From Myxococcota bacterium (GTDB lineage Bacteria > Myxococcota > XYA12-FULL-58-9 > JALHOP01): 64,000 nucleotides of DNA. The position numbers and the translations under genes were made by a program. The stretch is from contig JBGGMJ010000105.1 of the NCBI GenBank assembly GCA_041288095.1, forward strand, positions 1-64,000. Direction: 5' to 3'. Numbering within the stretch: the first letter of the stretch is position 1; each line of letters starts with the position of its first letter. Positions 11,001 through 18,524 of this stretch are shown piece by piece. Under the pieces are notes generated by a model. The model was not told the DNA's origin. It saw only the letters and a program-made list of their open reading frames with translations, and did no database searches.

Positions 11001-12586
11001 CCTACGCCGTCAACGGTAACGACCATCGCCTGGCCACGATGAAGCCGAACGAAACCGTGGCCGTCGACAGTCTCGCGCTCAACATCGCCAACAACCTGGC
11101 AAACCTACCCGCGGGCTTCGGCGAGCTTTATCGAAGTGCCGTGAACGGCTTCACCGCCTTCGCCCAGAGCCAGGAGATCAACGGCCAGACCATGACCTTC
11201 ACTGAGCTCATGGGCGCGGGCGTGAACTACCTCTTGAACGCTGGACAGAGCGCCGCGAAGCGTCTGGTCGACAACACCGACAGCACCGGCGAGGCCGTGT
11301 TGGTCGCGGTCGGCGGCGGCTTTCAGGCCATCATCAATTCGTTCAAAGGCGGCGTCGAGGCGCTCGATAGCTTGGGCAAGCCTCTCACGCCACAGCAAGC
11401 CGCCGTGGAAACGCTCAAGTTGTTTGGCGGCATCGCGTCGGTGTTCGGAGTCACTGGGCTCGCGCGCGGCGCCGTCGCCGGCACGGCGGTGACGACCGAA
11501 GGCTTGAGCGCCGCGAGCAACGTCACGGTGCGGACGCTGGCCGACGCGGCCGGTCTGCTGCTGCCGGACAATCCTGGCTCCGTGGTGAAGCACATGGACT
11601 TCCTCAGCCCGGGCCCACAACCGACGGCGCTCGCCAACGTCGACGACGTCTCGGCGCGCATCGCCGCCGTCGACCTCGCCGTCGAGACCAAACATTTCTA
11701 CGACAGCTTCGACTCGGCGCGTGACATCGCCACCGTGCTCGTCGGCCCGTTGAGTGATTCCCTGGGGGTCGCGCGCGGCAGAGCCAGCGTTTACGACCTG
11801 GCACTGCGCGAGTCGCTGTTCGACTACCAAAACGTCGGTGGCACGGTGCCGAGGCTCAGCGATGGCACGTGGATCTTCCCCGTGGGCACGCGGCCAGACG
11901 GGCTCGAGTTCATCGGTTTCGATGCATTCGCGCCGAGCATCGTTCGTCACGAGGCGCAGCACGTGCTCGACTACGCCGCCGCGGCTCTCGACCCGGCGAG
12001 CCCGTATCTGCTGCGGATGGAGTGGCCGAATTCAGGAAGCTCGCTGTACAAGGGGTTCGCGTATACCGAGCTCAACGGATTCGGCATCACCGCCGAGGAG
12101 CTTTCGCGGTCGTACGTTTTCGCGATGGCCAACGGCGACGTCGCCGGCGCCGCCAACGCCTTGAAGGGTTATCAGTCCATCCTGGGCACCTATGACGGCC
12201 TGATGGGCCGCGTCGAAGAGGTGCTCGGCAACGCGGTGTCACAACCGTCGCGCTCGCTCATGGCGCAAACCATGACGGCGAGCCCCGCTGTCCCGAAGAA
12301 CTCTGGCTTCCAGGTCGTCGAGTTCCAGATCATCGGTCCCGAAGGCTTGCCGGTGAAGATGTCGGCGGAGGTCCAAGCAGGTCTGACGCCGGCGCAAATG
12401 AACGACGCGGTCACGGAGCAAATGATCTCGGGCCTGAATCAGCTCGATGCCTACGTCGACTTCCGCGCCGCGCGCGCGGCCGATCTCGCGGCGTTGAAGC
12501 AGCACTATCAGCAGCAAGTGGGGACGCCGAACACCGGCAACGGGGGTGGTAACACCGGCGGTCGCGGCGGCGGCCTCGACCCCTAG
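8087..12586 (+). CDS. Giant (1499 aa) hypothetical protein, polymorphic-toxin-like, with C-terminal HExxH metallopeptidase motif
   Basis: Long open frame with GAGG RBS. Ala/Gln-rich N-terminus, Gly/Ala hydrophobic helices, beta-repeat region, IVRHEAQHVLDY at about aa 1288. No classical signal peptide. Confidence 0.8.
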   Translation: MRNEGVNLSRLLVETQLERQDDWETLAQRNIDLQLALEAQRRAAAQAQAAADAQAANDAQLEAARIAAAEAEIVPQVMLPTDDEATDQAVLVSGTTDAVTEPGPYAQELETQLAGLTITEDLQVPVDNLRAATAEADALIAEGYHEQGTAMYAAIQYASEPIVTALVAAQVAPVTAQAAPASAQTIESQPVAQKAAQQTATSPLEQAPLAAPNDYFTGSFDAPPPGGWFWAIGDAGRTGQDGVYQWLSEAVTARARASEHGAYLLAGSDQVTSVGQHLRDAAAYPVGFEFEVYGGEGEHYTQTQTRMLSRDETIAELRNRGNDDSAIATYLGEHEQYMVQASYFSGGEDGTVVPAVYGTRDAYLSAIGLPLDVPMDLQIAFNYSGAGSGDAWLDASHARMSMAGGGVERAYVAIVDDRLAADWAQIGDIGPINDDVNEMLGDIYGRYGATTPEQQEAVRNVLFKYDERFGVLANREFVEAAVEKNNARRQGFFEGPVGRAILSVAASFIPGVGPYVSMMLNAGFQLSDGASFGQVIAGAAVSYFTQQYTADFGNYVAGAFGDSISPAVAEVIAAGARNLGNTAINQLMSGNGLDGEGLLLAAAAGGFGSFITNFVDGSDFGKVLDEQFGRGRAGDIIGRLGASAVDGKLSASDFVGAFAAGRADQVTTVEGADGTHVFVKTDTGMITRNPDGSITQLDEGDDGQVVATTYDSDGNRIVSADAFTGALANPVWRTATLSDALTDQLTGESLFTGLEDIFGLAAGSVSFDGFTPDFDGTLSLFGSVLGGASPLELAALQEGGYGLDATMTSFVPDDVAVDAPPPDLTSKTYTKDQNGLETWRDPDTGAIIKQRDANGAMLEVVGDRRVITDPQGKVVSVQGGTRGEALRQARDSGSGLVEWNGKLYTTVTEEDLVRQSGQSVKAFREFKATKGGTYADFQAEITANKWGVLAQGGVDTKYWQSQGFTPELVAVTYAVNGNDHRLATMKPNETVAVDSLALNIANNLANLPAGFGELYRSAVNGFTAFAQSQEINGQTMTFTELMGAGVNYLLNAGQSAAKRLVDNTDSTGEAVLVAVGGGFQAIINSFKGGVEALDSLGKPLTPQQAAVETLKLFGGIASVFGVTGLARGAVAGTAVTTEGLSAASNVTVRTLADAAGLLLPDNPGSVVKHMDFLSPGPQPTALANVDDVSARIAAVDLAVETKHFYDSFDSARDIATVLVGPLSDSLGVARGRASVYDLALRESLFDYQNVGGTVPRLSDGTWIFPVGTRPDGLEFIGFDAFAPSIVRHEAQHVLDYAAAALDPASPYLLRMEWPNSGSSLYKGFAYTELNGFGITAEELSRSYVFAMANGDVAGAANALKGYQSILGTYDGLMGRVEEVLGNAVSQPSRSLMAQTMTASPAVPKNSGFQVVEFQIIGPEGLPVKMSAEVQAGLTPAQMNDAVTEQMISGLNQLDAYVDFRAARAADLAALKQHYQQQVGTPNTGNGGGNTGGRGGGLDP

Positions 12587-12622
12587 GCGCTGGGGTGCGC
12601 CAAGGCGACTGCCGTGGAGGCG

Positions 12623-12648
12623 CAACCGCGACCGCGATTGCCCGATAA
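12623..12648 (+). promoter_or_regulatory. sigma28-like bipartite promoter CAAC-N15-CCGATAA
   Basis: GCGCAACCGCGACCGCGATTGCCCGATAA, followed by GAGGTG RBS and GTG 12677. The same motif recurs at three other intergenic sites. Confidence 0.6.
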
Positions 12649-12676
12649 AGGGTTCGATTCAGTCGAGGTGTTACGC

Positions 12677-13510
12677 GTGTCAATCGAAGTCTCGCAATTC
12701 AAGCTCGACCCCGCGGCCATCGTGCCGCCCGGAGAACCAGAAGCGCAGGCTCCTCGACCCTCGACCGCGCTCGCCCCGAGGCAAGAAACCGTGCCGGCGC
12801 TGCCCCCCTCGACGGTGCGCACCCTTCTCGTAGCCGATTACGCCTTGCCGGGCGCCGCAGGCTCGGCCTGGCTCCTGAGCCTCGGCCTCGCGTTCAGCCA
12901 GAGCGCTTCGTTGCCTCTTCTCGCGGCCCTGACCGCCGCCGGGATCGGCTCGGGGCTCGCCATCGCGCGTAGCCTCATCATGCAAAAAACAGCCGCGCCC
13001 GTGGCGACCGACCCAGCAATGGCGCAGACGCACTACAACTATGCGATCGACCTGGCCAACACGGCGAAGCTGCGCCTCGAGCATGCTTACAAGTACGTGT
13101 GTTTGTCGGACGCCGTGCCGGGCGACCAGGCCGAGCGCCTCTTGAAGGACCTCCCTCGCGGCCAGGAGTGGGGCATCCTCCGTGGTCCATTCGGAAACGC
13201 GCGCACCAACCCGGTGACGTTCCAGGCCGTCCTCAAGGAGATCGGCCTGCGTGAGTGGCGCCGCTACCGCTTCGTACCCTACGACGTCGAGCTCGTCATC
13301 GCCGGGCTCAAGAAGCTCGGGCCCGTCACTCCCGAGCAGCGACTGCGCATCCAGGCGAACGCCCTCGACATCATGAGCAAGTACCACAACCATCACGAGA
13401 CATCAGAAGCGCTGCAGGCTGATCTCGTCGCCGCGGTCCGCGAGCTCGCGCGCCGTGCACCAAGCGCGCCTCACCTGGGAGACTTGAAGCCGGTGCAAGC
13501 GAGCACGTAG
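12677..13510 (+). CDS. Hypothetical protein with Pro-rich N-terminus and a hydrophobic hairpin
   Basis: ORF 12614-13510; GTG 12677 has an RBS. Two hydrophobic segments, then a helical domain. Confidence 0.7.
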   Translation: MSIEVSQFKLDPAAIVPPGEPEAQAPRPSTALAPRQETVPALPPSTVRTLLVADYALPGAAGSAWLLSLGLAFSQSASLPLLAALTAAGIGSGLAIARSLIMQKTAAPVATDPAMAQTHYNYAIDLANTAKLRLEHAYKYVCLSDAVPGDQAERLLKDLPRGQEWGILRGPFGNARTNPVTFQAVLKEIGLREWRRYRFVPYDVELVIAGLKKLGPVTPEQRLRIQANALDIMSKYHNHHETSEALQADLVAAVRELARRAPSAPHLGDLKPVQAST

Positions 13511-13521
13511 GGTTGCGACGC

Positions 13522-14637
13522 ATGCCGCCGCCAATCATCTTTCTCGACCTACCGGCCGTGGCGCGCTGGCGCGATGCAAGTCACTTGGAGCTGCTCGACT
13601 TCGTGACGGGCACCCGGCTCGTCGCCGACGGCGAGGTTGCACACGATCTCTGGCACTGCTTCGAGCGCGGTGAACAGAGTGAGCGCGTGCGTGCCCTGAG
13701 CCTGGCTCAACCCTTGATCAGCGCCCTGCTCGCGGATCAGCGTCGCCAGGCCTGGAGCCCGCGCGCATCGCTCGAGCTTGGTGGCTTCGACACTCTGTTC
13801 ATCGAGCTAACCGGCCGCTGCAACGAGCGCTGCCTCCATTGTTATGCGGACTCGAGCCCCGAGGTGACCACCGCATTGGATCGCGCCACCTGCGAGACGC
13901 TCCTCGACGACGCCGTGAGCCTGAGATTCCGACGCGTCCAGCTCACCGGCGGTGACCCACTCTTGTGCTCGTTCTTGCCCGAGCTCGTCGATGCCGCGGA
14001 TCCGAGCCTTACCGTCGAGATCTACACCAATGGTCTCGCCTTGAAGGACGAGCTGCTCGCGAAGCTATCGCGCCGTCGTCCGGCGTTCGCGTTCTCGTTC
14101 TATTCGCACGATGCCGCGCACCATGACGCCATCACCCGCACCCCCGGGAGCCAAGCACGAACGCGGGCCGCGATCGCCCGTGCTCTCGCGGCCGGCCACG
14201 CGGTGAGGGTCTCGATCATCGTCATGCGTGAGAACGCAGACGACGTGGCCGCCACCATCGCCATGCTCGAGGCCATGGGAGTGACCGACGTCAGCGTCGC
14301 GGGCACACACGCGGCGGGGCGTGGTGACTACTGGGATGGGAAGGTCGAGCGAGCATCATCCGCCCACTTACCGCGCCCGCCCGACAACGATTCCGATCGC
14401 CCGCGAGGCAGGCTTTGCGTCACCGCCGCTGGAGAGGTAACGCCGTGTATCTTCAATCGCAAGGACGTCTTGGGCCGCGTCCCCGGAGCGCGGCTCGTCG
14501 ACATCGTCGCAGCACCCGACCTCGATGCCCTACCGACGCGAGACGACGTGATCATGCTCGACGCACTCAAGCGCTCGTTGCAATGCACTGAGTGCCAGGC
14601 CGCTGCCTTCATGCTGCGGATTGGGGGGAAGGGATGA
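13522..14637 (+). CDS. Radical SAM protein with degenerate SPASM/twitch domain (putative RiPP maturase)
   Basis: IELTGRCNERCLHC (CxxxCxxC), LTGGDPLL, IYTNG, HDAITR.PGS, GEVTPC, CTEC. Confidence 0.9.
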   Translation: MPPPIIFLDLPAVARWRDASHLELLDFVTGTRLVADGEVAHDLWHCFERGEQSERVRALSLAQPLISALLADQRRQAWSPRASLELGGFDTLFIELTGRCNERCLHCYADSSPEVTTALDRATCETLLDDAVSLRFRRVQLTGGDPLLCSFLPELVDAADPSLTVEIYTNGLALKDELLAKLSRRRPAFAFSFYSHDAAHHDAITRTPGSQARTRAAIARALAAGHAVRVSIIVMRENADDVAATIAMLEAMGVTDVSVAGTHAAGRGDYWDGKVERASSAHLPRPPDNDSDRPRGRLCVTAAGEVTPCIFNRKDVLGRVPGARLVDIVAAPDLDALPTRDDVIMLDALKRSLQCTECQAAAFMLRIGGKG

Positions 14638-14912
14638 CAGCCCGTGCGCCCCTACGACACGCCACGGTGACCGACCGGGAGCTGCCCGATGGCGAGCGGG
14701 TGTTGCTCACGCCCGATGGTAGTGGGGTGCTCGTGCTCAATCCGCTGGGGAGCGTGATCTGGACGCTCTGTGACGGCGCACACGACGTGGAAGGCATGGC
14801 ACGCATCATCGGTGAGCGTTTCCCCGAGGTCGCGCCCGAGCAAATTGCACGCGATGTGAACGCCGTCCTCAAGCAGCTCGCGGAGGCGAAGCTCCTCGAC
14901 GATGTCAGCTAG
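14634..14912 (+). CDS. PqqD-family RiPP recognition element (RRE)
   Basis: VLNPLGSVIWTLCDG...IARDVNAVLKQLAEAKLL. ATGA overlap with the radical SAM stop codon. Confidence 0.9.
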   Translation: MTARAPLRHATVTDRELPDGERVLLTPDGSGVLVLNPLGSVIWTLCDGAHDVEGMARIIGERFPEVAPEQIARDVNAVLKQLAEAKLLDDVS

Positions 14913-15714
14913 CTTTCGTCGGTGCTTTCGCGCGCTCGACCTGACGGTGAGCGTGGCCTCCGACGTCCCCACGGTCGCCGCAACCCTCGACATGCTCACG
15001 AGCTGTTACGAGCTCGTACCCCGCGCCGAGGACTACGCTTACACGATCGACCAGGCCTCGTCGTACACGGCGCGTGTAAACGACGTGGTGCTCTACGAGA
15101 GCGCAAGCGAGCACGAAGTCGTGAGCGCCATCGAGCTGGATATCTATGACAGGGTGATGCGCGCGGCGCAGGGACGCTGGCTCGTGCACGCCGCCACTTT
15201 GGCGCACGACGACCGTGGGCTCGTGCTCGTCGGCGCGTCGGGCGCGGGCAAGAGCACGATGGCGCTGGCGCTCGTCGCGAAAGGGGCGAGCTATGTCACC
15301 GATGAGATGACCCTCATCGACGAACGTGGGGTCTGCCGCGGCCTTGGGCGCCCACTCACATTGGAGAGCCGCCCCGATGCGATGTTCACGCAAGGCATGC
15401 GGGTAGCGGTGGCGGGCTCGGGAGCTGCTCAGAGCGTTTGGGTCGCGCCGCCCCCCGAGCGACGCAGCGTGACGGCATTGGAACGCCACACTTGGGTGCA
15501 CCTCAGTCAAGGCCCCGGCGAGCTGCGTCGTCTCACCAGCGGCGAGGCGTTGGTGGCGTTCTGGGGACAGAGCCTCACCACGGATGCACGAGCGCTCGCG
15601 ATAGCGACCGACGTCGTGAGCGGCATGCCTGCCTACGCGGTGCGCGGTCAGTCGATCGCCGAGAGCGCCGAGCTCCTGGAGAGCCTGCTCGCAGGCCCGG
15701 GCGGCTCGAATTGA
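14902..15714 (+). CDS. HPr-kinase-related P-loop kinase
   Basis: LVHAA, Walker A GASGAGKST and YVTDE. Overlaps the PqqD stop. Confidence 0.85.
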   Translation: MSASFRRCFRALDLTVSVASDVPTVAATLDMLTSCYELVPRAEDYAYTIDQASSYTARVNDVVLYESASEHEVVSAIELDIYDRVMRAAQGRWLVHAATLAHDDRGLVLVGASGAGKSTMALALVAKGASYVTDEMTLIDERGVCRGLGRPLTLESRPDAMFTQGMRVAVAGSGAAQSVWVAPPPERRSVTALERHTWVHLSQGPGELRRLTSGEALVAFWGQSLTTDARALAIATDVVSGMPAYAVRGQSIAESAELLESLLAGPGGSN

Positions 15715-15757
15715 CGGCAACACGGCCATCGCCTAGTCTTTTCCTCAGGCGGTAGTC

Positions 15758-15976
15758 ATGGCGAAAGACCTCGAGGACAGCCAGAGCGAGTCCGAGCTGC
15801 TAGCGCGACGGGCCCTCCTCAAGCTGGGTGTCTATGTTGCGCCAGCGATCGTCGGCACCTTGATGCTGAGCAGCAAGCCCGTGGCGGCACAGGCGTCGTG
15901 TGGTCCCCAAGCGTGCAAGCCCGCCGCCAGCTGCGGTCCGACGGACGGCACCCCCTGCGCGCCGAATCGTCGCTAA
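15758..15976 (+). CDS. Putative RiPP precursor peptide (72 aa)
   Basis: Acidic N-terminus, RRALLK, YVAPAI, hydrophobic stretch, VAAQA, then Cys-rich core SCGPQACKPAASCGPTDGTPCAPNRR. Lies directly after the maturase genes. Confidence 0.8.
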   Translation: MAKDLEDSQSESELLARRALLKLGVYVAPAIVGTLMLSSKPVAAQASCGPQACKPAASCGPTDGTPCAPNRR

Positions 15977-16857
15977 AGCACCGCGTCGACGCTGGTCGAT
16001 GAGGTCTTTCGCAGTCGGGCCGCGACCGCCGAAGCCAAGAAGCGCGGCAGGGCCGACGTGCGCGTCGACAGCAGAGGCAACAATGCGAGCAGCTCGACGC
16101 GGATGTTGGCCACGTGCCCCGTGGTCCAGACGCGGCGCTCGCCACCGAGATTGAAGAGGCGGCGCAGGAGGTCGACACGCAGACGCTCCGCCGTCGCAAG
16201 TGGAATCTCGGGCACCTTGCCGCCGCGGCGCCGCAACATGTCAGCGAGCACGTGGAGGGCAATCGTAAGGTGTGCGTCGGCGCAGGTGCGGATCACCGCT
16301 TGCCAGTCGACTGCTTGCCGCGCGAGCAGACGAAAGACGTCGCCCAGATGGCGATCGTCGAGCGTGAAGCGAGCGCCGGCATAGTGGACGACGGCGTGGA
16401 CCACTTGGTCTTCGGCGCATAGCCCCATGATCGGTCCGTCGACGCTGTCCCAGGCGTGTGCCCGCTCGAGGAGACGCTCGTCGTCCAGCGGAAACCACGG
16501 GCGCGGACCAAGCGCGCGATGCAGGTCGACGTCGATGAGGTCCGCGGGAGCGCGGAACGGCAGGCCGCGCAGCGCATGATGGGCGAGCAGGCGGTCACCA
16601 CGAAAGCCGTGGGCGCGCAGCTCAGCGGCGAAGGCGTCGAATGCCCGAGGCTCGACGAGCACGTCGATATCGACCCCCCAGCGCTCGCCCAGTCCGCTAT
16701 AGAGTACAGGGTCGGCCCACGCGGCCTTCAGATAGACGACCTTGGTGCCGACACGCGCACCGATGGCATCGAGGATGCCGCGCTGTCGCTTCACCATGAG
16801 GCTGCGGCCGAGACCCGCGGTGGCGCGCAAGCCTGCGTCCATGGGTCTTTTGTACAC
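15973..16857 (-). CDS. Uncharacterised nucleotidyltransferase (NTP_transf_5-like)
   Basis: VVYLKAAW...LY...ER..VDIDVLV, VDLH, HAVVH, VDW. Start GTG 16857 overlaps the upstream stop (TAGTG); ATG 16842 is an alternative. Confidence 0.85.
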   Translation of the reverse strand: MYKRPMDAGLRATAGLGRSLMVKRQRGILDAIGARVGTKVVYLKAAWADPVLYSGLGERWGVDIDVLVEPRAFDAFAAELRAHGFRGDRLLAHHALRGLPFRAPADLIDVDLHRALGPRPWFPLDDERLLERAHAWDSVDGPIMGLCAEDQVVHAVVHYAGARFTLDDRHLGDVFRLLARQAVDWQAVIRTCADAHLTIALHVLADMLRRRGGKVPEIPLATAERLRVDLLRRLFNLGGERRVWTTGHVANIRVELLALLPLLSTRTSALPRFLASAVAARLRKTSSTSVDAVL

Positions 16858-18431
16858 TAGTCCTTGCGCGTCGTCTTCGGACGGCTGGCCTCGCCGACGC
16901 GCCGGAGGCGATCAGCGAAGGCTTGGCGCAGCTCGGGTTGGAATCGCGGGTCGGCGATCGCGATCAGCGCTTCGGCGCGCTCCAGGGTGGACTTGCCCTC
17001 GAGCTTGGCGACGCCGTGCTCGGTGACGACGTACTGAAGGTCGTGCATCGAGGTCGTGACCACGTCATCGGTGCCAAGGTACGGGACGATGGACGAGATC
17101 ACCTGGGGTTGACCATCGGCGCCCTTGATGGTGCGCGTCGAGGCGAGGGCGAGGATCGCGGCGCCTCCGGGAGAGCGCGAGGCTCCACGCATGAAGTCGA
17201 CTTGGCCGCCGACGCCGCTGTACCAGCTGCCGTTGATCATTTGGGCGTTGACCTGGCCGTTCAGATCGACACGCAGCGCCGTGTTGATGGCAATGAGCTT
17301 GTCGATCTTACCGAGCGCGACCGGGTCGTTGCATGCGTCGATGGGCAGGGCGACGAGCTGCGGGTTGCCGTCCATCCACTGCAGCAGCTCCGCCGAGCCG
17401 CCGGCGAAGCTGAACTCGATGGGACCCGCGACCGCGCCCGCTTTAGCGAGCAACATGACGCCGTCGGCGATCATCTCCGAGTGAATGTGAAACCCCTTGC
17501 GGCCTTGCTCCGCGAGCCGCGCGGCAACCGCGTTGGGTAACCCCCCGATGCCAAACTGCAGGGTCGCGCCGTCGGGCACCAAGCCGACGATGTTCGACGC
17601 GATGGCGACTTCTTCGGCGCTCGCCGGCGGCGCCGGCACGGTGATGACCGGCGCTTCCGAGCGCACGATATGATCGAGCTCACTGACATGGACGCGGCAC
17701 GCGCCACCGACCCGAGGCACGCTCGGGCTCATCTCGGCGATGACCGTTTTAGCGTGCTCGATGGCCACCGGCTCGAGGACCGCGCTGGTGCCGATGCTGA
17801 CATAACCTTCGGCGTCGGGGGGGCTGACGCGCAGGAGGACCTTGTCGATCGGGAGCTCGCCGCCGCGAATCAATCCGGGCAGTCGGTGGAAGAAGCTGGG
17901 GATGAACGAGCCGCGCCCGGTGGCGATGGCGGCACGCGAGCTGTTGTCGACGAAGATGGCCTCGGGGACGATCTTGCCCTCGCCTTCGTAGAGCTTGGGA
18001 TCGACCAAGACGGCCGTCCCGAAGAGCTTCAATGGTCGCTTGGCGTCGAGCTCGCCCGGCAGTCGCGCCCTCGCCGCCAGCGCCCCGAGGATGGTCAGAG
18101 GCGCCATGTGACCAACCGGCACGAGGACCCGCTCGCCAGGCTGTAACAGCGCCGCGGCTTGCTCGGCGGTGATCGTTCGTTCCGCAAGCACACGCTCGGC
18201 GCTCGGCAGAGGCGCCGCGTTGGCCAGCGCGTCGATCTTGCCACGCAGCGCCGTGACTTCCTTGGGATCGGTGAGCGCCCGCGCGTCGGCGCTCTTCGCG
18301 AGAAAGGCGTCGACTTCGGCGACGCTCGTCAGTCGGTCAGGACTCCCGGTCGCTTCGTCCGCGCGCGCGAGCAGCCGCTCATCGGAGGTGTTGGCTCGAG
18401 CGACTCGGGTGATGGCGACGGACTTGTTCAC
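16857..18431 (-). CDS. Acetyl-CoA hydrolase / 4-hydroxybutyrate CoA-transferase family, with N-terminal extension
   Basis: VSPPDAEGYVSIG, DGATLQFGIGGLP, HSEM, SGVGGQVDFMRGA, VVTEHGVAKL. GTG 18431 has a GGAGG RBS (ORF track start is 18452). Confidence 0.92.
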   Translation of the reverse strand: MNKSVAITRVARANTSDERLLARADEATGSPDRLTSVAEVDAFLAKSADARALTDPKEVTALRGKIDALANAAPLPSAERVLAERTITAEQAAALLQPGERVLVPVGHMAPLTILGALAARARLPGELDAKRPLKLFGTAVLVDPKLYEGEGKIVPEAIFVDNSSRAAIATGRGSFIPSFFHRLPGLIRGGELPIDKVLLRVSPPDAEGYVSIGTSAVLEPVAIEHAKTVIAEMSPSVPRVGGACRVHVSELDHIVRSEAPVITVPAPPASAEEVAIASNIVGLVPDGATLQFGIGGLPNAVAARLAEQGRKGFHIHSEMIADGVMLLAKAGAVAGPIEFSFAGGSAELLQWMDGNPQLVALPIDACNDPVALGKIDKLIAINTALRVDLNGQVNAQMINGSWYSGVGGQVDFMRGASRSPGGAAILALASTRTIKGADGQPQVISSIVPYLGTDDVVTTSMHDLQYVVTEHGVAKLEGKSTLERAEALIAIADPRFQPELRQAFADRLRRVGEASRPKTTRKD

Positions 18432-18467
18432 GAGGCTTGGCCCTCCGGGCACGGTGATAGCCGGAGG

Positions 18468-18493
18468 TCATCGGCCAGCGCGGCGCACAGTTG
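18468..18493 (-). promoter_or_regulatory. sigma28-like promoter CAAC-N15-CCGATGA
   Basis: Minus strand CAACTGTGCGCCGCGCTGGCCGATGA in the intergenic gap before the CoA-transferase. Confidence 0.5.
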
Positions 18494-18524
18494 TGCGGGC
18501 GGCTCATGCCGGGGCGTCAGTCCT

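Noticed and set aside
12677..13510. Immunity protein for the giant toxin-like ORF
   Set aside because: It has its own promoter-like motif, a 90-nt gap and an effector-like N-terminus, with no recognisable immunity family. Not excluded, but unsupported.
15716..15740. ECF-type promoter GGCAAC...GTCT before the precursor
   Set aside because: The 14-nt spacer is shorter than the usual 16-17 nt.
13522..16857. Lasso peptide or PQQ biosynthesis assignment
   Set aside because: There is no asparagine-synthetase-like cyclase or B2 protease, no pqqB/pqqC, and the peptide lacks the PqqA ExxxY core.
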